This document shows positions 11,163 to 21,561 of a DNA stretch of 64,000 nucleotides, one piece after another (the stretch's first letter is position 1; the number at the start of each line of letters is the position of its first letter). Source of the stretch: Candidatus Freyarchaeum deiterrae (GTDB lineage Archaea > Asgardarchaeota > Jordiarchaeia > Jordiarchaeales > Jordiarchaeaceae). The notes below the pieces were generated by a model, which was not told where the DNA came from, made no database searches, and worked only from the letters and a program-made list of their open reading frames with translations. The DNA is taken from positions 2,016,001-2,080,000 of the forward strand of contig CP147778.1 of NCBI GenBank assembly GCA_037305845.1. The letters run 5' to 3'. Position numbers and translations under genes: made by a program.

Positions 11163-11498
11163 ATGTCAAAACTGGATCAATGGATGCGTTTCTATAGAGA
11201 ACATGCAGATGACTCATTAAAAGTTGAAGACTACGCTTCGGCTTCCGATTATTTCTCTTTAGCTTCATTCACCGCAATAATCGCTGACGATATTGCCCAA
11301 GCGAAATATTTTGCCGATGAGGCGTTAAAGGCTTGCGAGATGGGAAATTTGGAGGATGACCACCAAGAACTAGCAATGGCAGCTAAGGCGCTTTCTTCTG
11401 GCAAAAGTGAAGAAGCTGAAAAGCATTGGAACAAAATTAAAAACAAATTACAAGAAGAGATAACAAATCTTTACCATGGCGCTCTTGCAAAAATGTAG
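11163..11498 (+). CDS. Hypothetical alpha-helical (TPR-like) protein
   Basis: ATG preceded by AGGTGA; Ala-rich helical pattern; no family recognised. Confidence 0.65.
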   Translation: MSKLDQWMRFYREHADDSLKVEDYASASDYFSLASFTAIIADDIAQAKYFADEALKACEMGNLEDDHQELAMAAKALSSGKSEEAEKHWNKIKNKLQEEITNLYHGALAKM

Positions 11499-11509
11499 TT
11501 TGAAATACA

Positions 11510-12058
11510 TTATCGAGAATTAAGCATTAGATCCATCAGTACCTCATCCTTATATTCCCCTTCCATTTTGAACTGGCGTTTCCTGACTCCGATTATCTGA
11601 AACTTGTGTTTTTCATAAAGCCTTATGGCATTTAGATTAGAGTTAAATGTGCTCAAACAGACTTTTTCAAATCCTTTTTCACGAGCCCTAATGATAGCTT
11701 CCGTTATCAGAGCATTTCCTACTCCCTTCCCCCTCTGCCCAGTGGTAACCATTATCCCCAGGTTGCCCACGTGCTCTGCGGCATCCCAATCATCACGTTC
11801 AATTAGGCTGTGTCCAACGATGTTTCCCTCTGTCTCAGCGACTAGAACGATATTTCCTACGCTCTTATGGTGGGAAAACCAGGATAGGCGTTCAAACTCG
11901 CCTTCCTCCACAAAAAGTACTGGAATCCACTTTTTCTCCTCGACAACTGAACGAAAAATTCTCCATATGTCAACCAAATCTTTGGGGGTAGCATCTCGTA
12001 TATTAACAGTTGAACCATCTTTAAGAGGGTAAGCTTTAGTCGTTTCATGCACCGCCAA
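11510..12058 (-). CDS. GNAT family N-acetyltransferase
   Basis: QRGKGVG acetyl-CoA motif, NLNAIRLYEKHKF. Confidence 0.9.
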   Translation of the reverse strand: MAVHETTKAYPLKDGSTVNIRDATPKDLVDIWRIFRSVVEEKKWIPVLFVEEGEFERLSWFSHHKSVGNIVLVAETEGNIVGHSLIERDDWDAAEHVGNLGIMVTTGQRGKGVGNALITEAIIRAREKGFEKVCLSTFNSNLNAIRLYEKHKFQIIGVRKRQFKMEGEYKDEVLMDLMLNSR

Positions 12059-12103
12059 TTAAATCAAAATAAAAAGAGAAGATCTGGAAAGATATCAATC
12101 CTT

Positions 12104-12340
12104 CTACAAGAGCGATTTAATAGGAATGTCTTGGAACTGGCCGTTCGGTAAAGTGCGGCGAATAACTAATGGTAAACTGCCCGACCATAATTCAGCAGTT
12201 GCAATAACGATGGGGTCACTTACTTTATCAGTAAGGTCAATCAATATCGGCGCACCCATAGTAATCTGTAAAGCCCTAGTGCTTATTATTCTTGATTTCT
12301 CATATTTGGTAAGCTTAGGCGGTCCGATTTTGATGTCCAT
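12104..12340 (-). CDS. rpoK: DNA-directed RNA polymerase subunit Rpo6/K
   Basis: LTKYEKSRIISTRALQITMGAP, LPLVIRRTLPNG. Confidence 0.96.
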   Translation of the reverse strand: MDIKIGPPKLTKYEKSRIISTRALQITMGAPILIDLTDKVSDPIVIATAELWSGSLPLVIRRTLPNGQFQDIPIKSLL

Positions 12341-12454
12341 CTCTATCGTGATAGCCCCCAGGTGTTTGATGAAGAAAAGGGAAAGGAGTATAGTGTAAAC
12401 TGAATTACACCTTATCCTTTTAAGTCTTTTCCGTTATTTTGGGGGCAAATTGTT

Positions 12455-14107
12455 TTAATCTTCGCCCATTCCGCCTTCTTCACCGCCGCCCGGAGGTACG
12501 CCAGGGCCTCCGCCTCCACCTTTAGTGGATCCAGCGATTACATCGTCAATCTTAAGAATCATCTGAGCTGCTTCACTAGCCGACTTAATCGCCTGTCTCT
12601 TAACTGCAGCGGGTTCCCAAACATTCAACTTGGTCATGTCTTCGATTTTACCCGTATAAACATCGAGGCCATACACGTAGTCTTTTGGCTTAACATGTTT
12701 TGCTCTCAATTCAACCATAATGTCCAACTGATCCAAACCAGCGTTCTCAGCAAGAGTCCTAGGAATCACCTCAAGAGACTCGGCGAACTGTTTCACAGCG
12801 AGTTGCTCACGACCGCTAAGAGTATTTGCGTATTCTTTAAGTCTCTTTGAAACCTCAATCTCGGGAGCGCCGCCACCAGGCACAACCTTGCCATCCTCAA
12901 TTACATCACGAACCACACACAGTGCGTCGTGAATTGCACGCTCTGCTTCATCAACAATAAGTTCAGTACCACCCCGGACTAGGATACTAATTGACTTGGG
13001 ATTCTTGCAGCCCTCAACGAATACCATGTCATCGTCGCCGATCTTCTTTCCGTAAACTACTTCGGCATGACCTAGATCCTCTTCAGTCAAATCATCTATG
13101 TTAGTGACTATTTCAGCACCAGTGGCTTTAGCAAGCTTCTCCATATCTGACTTCTTAATACGTCTAACAGCGAGAACACCTGCCTTAGCAAGATAGTGCT
13201 GGGCAATATCATCGACGCCTTTCTGAAGGAGAACCACGTTGGCGCCCACGTTGATGATTTTTTCAGTCATGTTCCTAATCATTCTTTCCTCCTGATCGAG
13301 AAAAGCTTTCATCTGGTCTGGATTTGTGATGTTTATTTTTGCATCAAACTCTGTCTTCTCAATTTCCAACGGGGCAGCTACCAGTGCAATCTTCGCATTC
13401 TCCACTCTCTTAGGCATCCCGGGATGAACTATCTCCTTATCTAAAATAATACCATTGACCAAAATAGTGTTCTCTAAGCTTTCTCCTTCCTTCTTGTCGA
13501 CCTTTACGTTTTCGATGTCGGCAGTCCACTTACCACCAATCTTTTCTGCAACCATTGTCACTGCTTTTACGGCAATATCGCTTAGATACTCACGAGAACC
13601 AGCAACCACTTTACTACTCATCGAAACCACTGCAACTTTTTTCAGCATCTCCTCATCATCAATAGAAGTCTTAGTTGAAATATCCTCAATAGCCTCCAAA
13701 GCCTTCTCAGTAGCCTTGCGGTATCCCTCAATAATTATTGTGGGATGAATCTCTTGATCTAGCAAAGTCTCTGCATTTTTGAGAAACTCACCACCAAGCA
13801 CGACCGCGGTGGTTGTTCCATCTCCAACTTCGTCATCCTGAGTTTTTGCTACATTAACCATCATCTTCGCTGCGGGATGCTGTACATCAATCTCCTTTAG
13901 AATCGTGGCGCCATCATTCGTTATAACCACATCGCCGAAGCTATCAACCAACATCTTATCCATTCCTAAAGGACCTAGAGATGTTCGAACCGCCTCAGCG
14001 ATTACTTTGGCTGCCATAATATTCGTTCTCTGAGCATCCCTTCCTTGACTTCTTTCTGAACCTTCTTTCAATATTAGTACGGGTGTTCCGCCTAATTGTG
14101 CTGACAT
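12455..14107 (-). CDS. ths: Thermosome (group II chaperonin) subunit
   Basis: [20 protein letters not shown], Gly-rich C-terminal tail. Confidence 0.98.
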   Translation of the reverse strand: MSAQLGGTPVLILKEGSERSQGRDAQRTNIMAAKVIAEAVRTSLGPLGMDKMLVDSFGDVVITNDGATILKEIDVQHPAAKMMVNVAKTQDDEVGDGTTTAVVLGGEFLKNAETLLDQEIHPTIIIEGYRKATEKALEAIEDISTKTSIDDEEMLKKVAVVSMSSKVVAGSREYLSDIAVKAVTMVAEKIGGKWTADIENVKVDKKEGESLENTILVNGIILDKEIVHPGMPKRVENAKIALVAAPLEIEKTEFDAKINITNPDQMKAFLDQEERMIRNMTEKIINVGANVVLLQKGVDDIAQHYLAKAGVLAVRRIKKSDMEKLAKATGAEIVTNIDDLTEEDLGHAEVVYGKKIGDDDMVFVEGCKNPKSISILVRGGTELIVDEAERAIHDALCVVRDVIEDGKVVPGGGAPEIEVSKRLKEYANTLSGREQLAVKQFAESLEVIPRTLAENAGLDQLDIMVELRAKHVKPKDYVYGLDVYTGKIEDMTKLNVWEPAAVKRQAIKSASEAAQMILKIDDVIAGSTKGGGGGPGVPPGGGEEGGMGED

Positions 14108-14183
14108 GTTTATCCTCCTCAGCTTTTTATTTTTAAGCGTTAAATTTGCTTGTTATTATTGCGGGACAATGTTATAGCACTTC

Positions 14184-14191
14184 TATATAAA
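14184..14191 (-). promoter_or_regulatory. Putative TATA box of the thermosome gene
   Basis: TTTATATA on minus strand ~77 nt upstream of the start codon, purine-rich BRE-like sequence upstream. Confidence 0.5.
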
Positions 14192-14350
14192 TTTTACGAA
14201 TTCATAAGTTAACCTATATCTCTACCTACTTCTTTAAAATATGATCTGATAAAATCAGACAAAACTCCTCGCAATCAACAGGATTAGCACTCCTCTACAA
14301 AATAAGAAGTTGAATCTCTTTTCCTAGATGTTTTCTTTTTGGGATTTTGT

Positions 14351-15508
14351 TTATTGTTCTGAGAGTAGGTGGATGTTTCCTATTTTGACGTTTTTTAATC
14401 CTACTTTTTTGGCGGCTTCCAAGCTTTCGAATGCTAGTTTTTTACTTGTGGTTGGCAGGTCGTTCATTATGTAACTTGGGTAGAATCCTAGGAGGGAGTA
14501 GGGTATTTCAGGATTAATGCTTACTATAAATTCTGCTATTTTTTCTACTTCTTTGACTTCTACGTATCCTGGTATTAGTAGTGTGCTTGCCACGAGTAGT
14601 GGATTTTGGGGTCTTTCGTCGAAAAGTTTTCCGAGTTTTTTGAAGTTTTCTAGAGTTCTTTGGTTGCTTGCTCCGCATAGGGCTATGTTTAGCTGTTCAC
14701 TCCATGTTTTGATGTCGAACTTGATGTTTCCCCCGGATTCTAGTGCTATTTGTGCCGCTTTTTCAAGTAGGGGCCAGCTCATGGTTCCGTTTGTCTCCCA
14801 ACATATTCGAATCAGCCCATTCCATTCGGTCTTCGCCTTTTCTATCGCTAGTTCAGCTGTTTTTAAGCTGTGCGGCATTTGAACCGCGGGGTCTCCTCCA
14901 AAGTAGCATATGCAGGACACCTTCTTTGTACATTTTTCTGCAAGTTTTTTGGCGCTCATAACTGGGTCAATTTTCCTCGTGTTTTCTCTATAGTGCCAGT
15001 TTTGGCAGAATAAACAATCGAAGGAGCAAGCTCCATAAAAAACAGCTAGATTTACCTGCCCATATTCCGGTCCTCGCGTTTTAGTGTACTTCGGGAAGCC
15101 TACGCTTGTGCATCCTGGACATACCCATGAAGCTACACAGTTGGTGGGTAGTGGATCATAGTACCATTCCAATAGACCTTTTTCAGGGGTGCCTGCGAGT
15201 CGGACTAGTTTTCCTTCCTCGTTTGCTACTAGCCCACAGTATCCTATTTCGGCGGATGGTATTTTACAGTCGTTTACGCACATTCCACAGAGTATTCCGT
15301 TCTTATCGCTTGGAGGTGTTTCTGGAAGGTTGAATTTGACTCTACTCAACCTGTGGGCTTTGAGAGTGTAAGGAAGTGACGCTTCGGGATTCTCAACTAT
15401 ACATTCTCCGCATACACCAAGTTTTTCTGAAATAAGTGGATTTGTTTTACCGCAAACTTTACACTTTGACACAGTTGATTTAGAGTTTTCAAATACTCGA
15501 AGGCTCAT
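14351..15508 (-). CDS. Radical SAM protein (PflA/AmmeMemoRadiSam-like)
   Basis: CSFDCLFC SAM cluster motif, GGDP, ETNG, additional N-terminal CxxC motifs. Confidence 0.9.
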   Translation of the reverse strand: MSLRVFENSKSTVSKCKVCGKTNPLISEKLGVCGECIVENPEASLPYTLKAHRLSRVKFNLPETPPSDKNGILCGMCVNDCKIPSAEIGYCGLVANEEGKLVRLAGTPEKGLLEWYYDPLPTNCVASWVCPGCTSVGFPKYTKTRGPEYGQVNLAVFYGACSFDCLFCQNWHYRENTRKIDPVMSAKKLAEKCTKKVSCICYFGGDPAVQMPHSLKTAELAIEKAKTEWNGLIRICWETNGTMSWPLLEKAAQIALESGGNIKFDIKTWSEQLNIALCGASNQRTLENFKKLGKLFDERPQNPLLVASTLLIPGYVEVKEVEKIAEFIVSINPEIPYSLLGFYPSYIMNDLPTTSKKLAFESLEAAKKVGLKNVKIGNIHLLSEQ

Positions 15509-15627
15509 AGATTACTCTTCCCTCTCCTTGTTACCTATAAATACTAGTTGCAAATAACTAATAAATAATACTGCCCTCCACACATTAGGAGGAGAATTTT
15601 CGGGAGGTTGAATTACCTTTAAGAATT

Positions 15628-16122
15628 TTACATGTTATCAGCTTTTCTAGACATCAGGTATGCGCTTTCCCCGTCATGGTAGTATCCCCTCAGTTCCCTA
15701 ACCACGGTGAATCCTAAACTCTTATACATAGTTAAAGCGGAGTCGTTGGTAATTCTGCATTCCAAAACGAATTCATCGGCACCGTACTCCTTCATTGCCT
15801 TCATGCCTTCCATCATGAGTTTTTTACCTACCCCTTTTCTACGGTGCTCAGGCAAAACTGCTATAGAAACTACATGTCCTTTGTTAATCCGGTGTAAGGT
15901 GGGAGTAAAAACACCCGACATTCCTTTTTCAATCCTGTTCATCATATAGCCCACTACTCCTCCATCCTTTTCAGCAACAACAAACGATTTAGGATACCTC
16001 CTCAGAATCTCCACGAAAAAGGGATAAGGATAATTTTCTGGAAGAGTTGTGTGGTTAATTCTCATTATTTCATTAATATCTTCAATGTCAGCATATCTAA
16101 TAGTATAGTCCTGATTCGCCAA
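15628..16122 (-). CDS. ard1: N-terminal protein acetyltransferase, Ard1/RimI family
   Basis: LPENY, GHVVSIAV, RRKGVG, YYHDGESAYLM. Confidence 0.9.
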   Translation of the reverse strand: MANQDYTIRYADIEDINEIMRINHTTLPENYPYPFFVEILRRYPKSFVVAEKDGGVVGYMMNRIEKGMSGVFTPTLHRINKGHVVSIAVLPEHRRKGVGKKLMMEGMKAMKEYGADEFVLECRITNDSALTMYKSLGFTVVRELRGYYHDGESAYLMSRKADNM

Positions 16123-16380
16123 GAAATCACCATGAATAGTGCTTTTAATTTAAATCTGTGAAAGATAGTATATCTCTTACCAAATACCCGATTTAATCTT
16201 TACGCACAATAAAACAACAATTTTTCCTCCAGCAAAAAATCTTTAACCAAAAATGAAAAAGCCACATTAAAAAATAGGCGAACATTCATTGAAAGGATTC
16301 TTTAAAAGTCTTAGTCAGAGTCATTAATTTCATCTAGTTGGAAAGATTTTTAACTCACTATTCTTTAAGGAAGAACATAA

Positions 16381-17739
16381 TTGGAAAAGGAAGGAAGAAA
16401 AACGGGAGACCAAGGACAACTACCCTTAAACTTGGAAGAATTACGTAGAATTGTTGAGAAACATTTCATAGTTTTCGAGGCATACACAGAACTAGACGGC
16501 AGCCCAACATTTATTTTACCCTCAGCTCAAGAAACCAAGGTTCCATTTCAAAAACTCATAGAAGACCTGAGAAGATATAACCTGCTCGCCTTGCTGAGAA
16601 AGGCAGAAAGGGTTCCCCAAAGATACCAGATATTCGCTAATTATGGTCCTCTAGAAAAGGGAGAAGCTGAACTAGTTCTAAGAATATTCCCAAACCTCGA
16701 ACCCCAAAAAACCAGATCTGTACTAATAAACGTTGCCCTATTAATCGCAACCACAATCACCATCTCCTACCTAGGCTTTTCAATAGCGCAGAGTTACGAT
16801 TACACCATACTTTTTTATCAGAACTTCATACTCTATATGTGGAATCTTTACGGCAATCCTCTCATACTAATAAGTAGCTTCATTGGTAACGTATGGAATG
16901 GGTACATTGACCCAACTCTACTAATGGTAACCTTTACTGTAAGTCTACTAGCAATTGTAGGATTGCACGAAATGGGGCACTACGTTACAACTAGACTTAG
17001 AGGGCAAAAGGCCTCGCTACCCTACTTTATACCTATGCCACCCCTACCTGGGTTCATAAACATTGGAACTTTCGGAGCAGTGATTGTCCAAAGAACCCCG
17101 ATTATTAACCGTGATAGGCTTTTTGAATTAGGCTTAATGGGACCACTAACAGGTTTCATAGTAACACTCATAGCTTTAGTGGCCTCCATAAATCTATACC
17201 CCCTCATCTATCCCCCAATTATATATTACCTCGCTAGCACCGATTTACATATCATATCCACATACGGGTATATTTTCTATTATGGGATCACATATTATGG
17301 TTATCCTAGCGTACTCCCCTTATTATTGAGTGGAAACTCCTCACAGTTTCCTCTTCTCTTTGTAACCTTAATGTCATTATTCAGACAAACTCCACCTTTA
17401 ACTATCATGCCTCTATACCCGCTGAGCTGGGCAGTGTGGATAGGTATGTTGTTAACCTCGCTAAACATGTTTCCCATAGGCATGCTGGACGGGGGTCACA
17501 TGGCTCGCGCTTTCCTGAGTCAGCGACAAAGTCGTATCGCATCTTTTATAGCTGCTCTAGCTATGATAATTATCAGCCCGAACTATTTACCGATGGCCAT
17601 TTTGTTTCTGCTTCTGACTGGGAGAGGCCATCCTGGAGCACTCGATGATGCCTCACCAATCGCGAGATGGAAAATAGCTGTTTGGGCAAGTATGATAATA
17701 ATTGCCGCACTTACAATACCCCTGCTGGGATGGGGCTAA
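16381..17739 (+). CDS. Site-2 protease (M50) family intramembrane metalloprotease, paralog 1
   Basis: HEMGH, GTFGAVI, NMFPIGMLDGGH; multiple TM segments. Confidence 0.92.
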   Translation: MEKEGRKTGDQGQLPLNLEELRRIVEKHFIVFEAYTELDGSPTFILPSAQETKVPFQKLIEDLRRYNLLALLRKAERVPQRYQIFANYGPLEKGEAELVLRIFPNLEPQKTRSVLINVALLIATTITISYLGFSIAQSYDYTILFYQNFILYMWNLYGNPLILISSFIGNVWNGYIDPTLLMVTFTVSLLAIVGLHEMGHYVTTRLRGQKASLPYFIPMPPLPGFINIGTFGAVIVQRTPIINRDRLFELGLMGPLTGFIVTLIALVASINLYPLIYPPIIYYLASTDLHIISTYGYIFYYGITYYGYPSVLPLLLSGNSSQFPLLFVTLMSLFRQTPPLTIMPLYPLSWAVWIGMLLTSLNMFPIGMLDGGHMARAFLSQRQSRIASFIAALAMIIISPNYLPMAILFLLLTGRGHPGALDDASPIARWKIAVWASMIIIAALTIPLLGWG

Positions 17740-17880
17740 CCCTTCTAAAGCTCGGCTTCTCATTTCTACAAACTTTTTCACACTTTTTAAGAAACTTTTT
17801 TAAAGAAAATCAACCTTACGGACATCTAAATCTTTTAGGTCGGAACAGCGACGGCGGACAGCGAAGAACTACCATTAAGC

Positions 17881-19182
17881 ATGGAAGAATTAAGACAAAT
17901 AATTGAAACAGAATTTACAGTTTCAGATTACTACATGGATGTTGATGGAACACCAGTATTTCTCCTACCCCCGAACCAGGAAACAAAGGTTCCATTCCAG
18001 AGACTAATAGAAAAGTTGAAAACATACAAAATCATGGCGATTCTACGCCACTCATCCCAGCTCAAACGAGAATATAATTTGTCTCCTGCTCTAGAAGCTA
18101 AAAACGAAAAACAAATGCTCGCCTTAAAAGTTATTCCAAAGAGTGTGGAGGGTAAACGGAAAGGACCTGTATGGAATCTTGCTTTTCTAATTGCTACAAT
18201 TTGCACGGTAGCTTTAGCTGGATATTTTTGGGCAAACCAGTACAATCCCACAGGTATACTCATAAGCTTAATATCTGGGCCTTTGTATGGATGGTATACT
18301 GACCCTCTTTTATTAACTATTGGTTTTACAGCGATTTTGCTTTCAATACTTGGAACCCATGAGTTGGGACACTACATTACTTCAAAGAAAAAAGGAATAG
18401 AGGCTTCTCTACCATTTTTCATACCATTTCCTCCTTATATTTTCGGCATTCCTACTTTGGGAACTATGGGTGCTGTGATATTTCAGCGAAGTCCTTCCAT
18501 TAATAGAGACCACTTATTCGATCTAGGTCTAATGGGTCCCTTAACCGGTTTTATAATTGCTCTCTTTATGGCTGTTTTATCAATTAAGCTTAGTCCACTA
18601 ATTTACCCAAACGTACTCTACACCTTATACCAATTGGAGTACCAGCTTTCTTCGGTCGAGTATAATTTTGTGATAAACGTTTACAATACTTATTCCCCAG
18701 CAATAGCATTAGTACTCGGTCAGTACTTGGTGAGTTCTGGAAGTTGGCCTGTGCTTTTTATTGGCCCAAGCATATTTCCAGACTCATTAATTCTTACATT
18801 CCTTGTTTCTCTACTGAGGCCTGAAACAGCGTTTAGCTCTATTTTTCTAAGTCCTTTGTATTTTGCTGTTTGGGTAGGTTTTGCTGTTACAGCTCTAAAT
18901 TTGGCTCCATCTGGCATGCTTGATGGCGGGCACATGTTACGAGCGATTCTGAGTAGGCGTGCGCACTATATCGCTTCCATAATTATAGCAATTATACTGG
19001 TAACTATAAGCTGGATAGGTATCCCCATAGCTGCAATGGCGTTAATTTCAATTAGAAGAACAGGACATCCTGGTGCTTTGGATGAGGTTTCTCCCTTAAA
19101 AACTTCTAGAAAAATAATATTCATAGTTATGATGTTTATACTTGTAATATCTATTCCACCCATATCTTGGTTTTATCTATAA
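17881..19182 (+). CDS. Site-2 protease (M50) family intramembrane metalloprotease, paralog 2
   Basis: HELGH, GTMGAVI, NLAPSGMLDGGH; shares QETKVPFQ, NRD.LF.LGLMGPLTGF and GHPGALD with paralog 1. Confidence 0.92.
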   Translation: MEELRQIIETEFTVSDYYMDVDGTPVFLLPPNQETKVPFQRLIEKLKTYKIMAILRHSSQLKREYNLSPALEAKNEKQMLALKVIPKSVEGKRKGPVWNLAFLIATICTVALAGYFWANQYNPTGILISLISGPLYGWYTDPLLLTIGFTAILLSILGTHELGHYITSKKKGIEASLPFFIPFPPYIFGIPTLGTMGAVIFQRSPSINRDHLFDLGLMGPLTGFIIALFMAVLSIKLSPLIYPNVLYTLYQLEYQLSSVEYNFVINVYNTYSPAIALVLGQYLVSSGSWPVLFIGPSIFPDSLILTFLVSLLRPETAFSSIFLSPLYFAVWVGFAVTALNLAPSGMLDGGHMLRAILSRRAHYIASIIIAIILVTISWIGIPIAAMALISIRRTGHPGALDEVSPLKTSRKIIFIVMMFILVISIPPISWFYL

Positions 19183-19545
19183 TTTTCAATATATTAGCTT
19201 ATAACTAAAAATTCACTCTCAAAAGGATGCAGATGCAAAGCTTCTTTCGTACATTAGCTGTGGATAGAATAAAATATTCCAAAAAGTTAAAATGCTAGAA
19301 CTGAGACGCCACAGGGTATTCTCCTTATTAAATCGTCTTTTTTAATTGTGTTGAACGCGTCTTCGAAGGATTCCACTACGGATTTTACTGGGATTATTCT
19401 GTAAACTTTTTCCAAATATTTTGTAGGCGTTTCTATAATCATGTATATTTTCGTTTTCTAAAGGCTCCTAGGCGAATATGAATTTTTAAAATTAAAAATT
19501 TCTTTTAAAAAAGCGCATAAAACCACTATGCATAGTTTAAATTTT

Positions 19546-20793
19546 TTAGAGATAGTCGTCTATAATCTTTTGAGCGTTGAGGAACTTTAAAAGTTGGCTA
19601 CTCTTTTCCCATTCCTTCCACGGTATTTCTAAGTTATTTTTAATATATTGGATAGATTCTTCCAAGCTGGTAAATTTTAAGGGGGTTTTTCTCATGGCGC
19701 TTCTTACCGTTTCTCGAATAACCCAGACTCCTAGTGGTACTATGTATCCTGGATGGACTTCTCTAAAAACCACTGTTGCGGCTTGTCGTCTAATTCGTGA
19801 AAGGTACTCTGCAACAGCTAGACGTGCAGCGTAGTAAGCACCTGTAACTCTGGACGCGTAACTCTTTCTACCAGTGTAGAATTCGTGATCCTGTACAATA
19901 ACCGGCTCGTATCCCTTTGCCAGCCACGCGCTTCCCGGATACCATGCCTCCAACTGTTCGAAACTCCAGACTCTAGGCGTCATCAGTATTAAGAAATGAT
20001 TGTCGAGATAACTCTCCTTAAAAACTAGGTATTCCCCTAACTCAGGGTAATCTTTTATTTCTTCGACCAGTACTTTGCTTGATATATCGTCTGTCGCTGT
20101 TATGGACCATCTTGTCGGTACTAGTTTTCTGCTCTTTAAATCCCCTAACAGACCAGACGACAGAAGTCTATGAATATAGTTTACCGAAAAACCGTTAGAA
20201 TAAAGTTCAGCTACCGCATCCACGGTTTTCAGTTCAGTATCCGATACTATGGAATCAACTCTTCTGGGGACGAAGGGTTCACTCGCTAAAGATATGTTCT
20301 TAACAGGTGCTGTGGGACCCATGGGTTGAGAGTGGCTGTCAAACTCTATTCTTATTTTGGGTTCCTTTTCTAGAACCGCTTCCGCGTCAACGGGTTTAGC
20401 AGCCATAGCTATCTCCTGACCCGTCGCCAAAAGTCGGTTTCCATAATTTTTCTTCACATTTACTCTAAAGGACGTTCTAACCAACATCATCCTAAAGTTC
20501 ACTATCTCCTCTATGGTTTTTCCGAACCATTGCTGATCCACATCATCAAGAATTGCACTATCTTCCCCGGTTATCGGAGGAATCATTGGCCCCGCGAGTA
20601 CATTAGGATACTTTTGATGACCGACAAAAAAGGACGGAGGAGACGAACCCGATATTTCTTTAGAGAACGTGAGACGTTTAATCGGTATAGCCGCGTACTG
20701 TTTTAACAGGATTGGACACTTCGGCTTGCCGCATAATAGCCTCGACCCCTTACAAATTACACATAATTCCTTACTAAAATTGGGTCTTACCAT
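19546..20793 (-). CDS. nreA: Archaeal DNA repair protein Nre (PCNA-interacting)
   Basis: N-terminal CxxCKG..LCG..CP, GSSPPS, LVPTRWSITATDD, YYAARL, C-terminal PIP box QKIIDDYL. Confidence 0.93.
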   Translation of the reverse strand: MVRPNFSKELCVICKGSRLLCGKPKCPILLKQYAAIPIKRLTFSKEISGSSPPSFFVGHQKYPNVLAGPMIPPITGEDSAILDDVDQQWFGKTIEEIVNFRMMLVRTSFRVNVKKNYGNRLLATGQEIAMAAKPVDAEAVLEKEPKIRIEFDSHSQPMGPTAPVKNISLASEPFVPRRVDSIVSDTELKTVDAVAELYSNGFSVNYIHRLLSSGLLGDLKSRKLVPTRWSITATDDISSKVLVEEIKDYPELGEYLVFKESYLDNHFLILMTPRVWSFEQLEAWYPGSAWLAKGYEPVIVQDHEFYTGRKSYASRVTGAYYAARLAVAEYLSRIRRQAATVVFREVHPGYIVPLGVWVIRETVRSAMRKTPLKFTSLEESIQYIKNNLEIPWKEWEKSSQLLKFLNAQKIIDDYL

Positions 20794-21216
20794 CTATCTC
20801 TTATCCCTAAAAAGCCTATTTAGAGATTCACTTAACAAACAGAGCTTTTAATTAAAACCTGTCAAGCTCATATTTAACTTCAGTAAGTACAACACTAATT
20901 AATATTTTGAAATCATAATGAATTACACCGGTTTTGCCATCCAAAATTATCTGCTGCTCGTCTTAACAAAGCAATGGGAAAAAACCAAACGAAATCAGTT
21001 TTAATCTAATAAAACCGATTAAAAATCTGGATTAAATATAGATACTCTTGTCCGGCAGGTTAGCTAAGTGCTTTCTATCAAATAACTATGCTACTTTAGC
21101 ATGTAGTTTGAAAAACCTAGAAAAAATACTTGCGTACTAAAGTGGATTTATTTTTCCGGTGATGTTATGGACTGCTGTTTGTTTAGTATACACTTTAGAA
21201 AAAATAAAGGGGAAAT

Positions 21217-21540
21217 TTAGATCTCAGGAACAATTCCGCCTAGAGCAAAGATTCTCTGCTTCTTGCTTGTTATTTCTCTATTCAGCTTCATTGCTTGGCT
21301 CATAAATTGGACATAGTTTCTGTCTCTGTCTTCTGGAGTAATTTTACCGTACATAAAATCAGAATCCATTTGTTGGAGTTGCTCCTGTATCTTATCTTTC
21401 TCCTTTTTCAATTGGTCTATCTCTGTCTTAAGTGAACCTATCTCATTTGCTTCCTTGGATGTAACTTTCACAGGTTCAATGGTTGGTCCGCCGCCGAAAA
21501 GGTTTCTGAAGAACGCTACTACTCTATCCATTATACCCAT
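21217..21540 (-). CDS. Small coiled-coil protein with N-terminal amphipathic helix
   Basis: ATG at 21540 with GGAGG upstream gives MGIMDRVVAFFRNLFGG; heptad coiled coil; third gene of a tight operon. Confidence 0.8.
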   Translation of the reverse strand: MGIMDRVVAFFRNLFGGGPTIEPVKVTSKEANEIGSLKTEIDQLKKEKDKIQEQLQQMDSDFMYGKITPEDRDRNYVQFMSQAMKLNREITSKKQRIFALGGIVPEI

Positions 21541-21561
21541 TCTATACAACCTCCAGTTATT

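Noticed and set aside
12382-12420. Imperfect hairpin between thermosome and rpoK as ncRNA
   Set aside because: Short and imperfect, no recognisable RNA family; likely terminator/promoter sequence
21535-21540. N-myristoylation at Gly2 of the amphipathic protein
   Set aside because: MG start is Arf-like, but N-myristoyltransferase is not established in archaea and nothing in the window supports it
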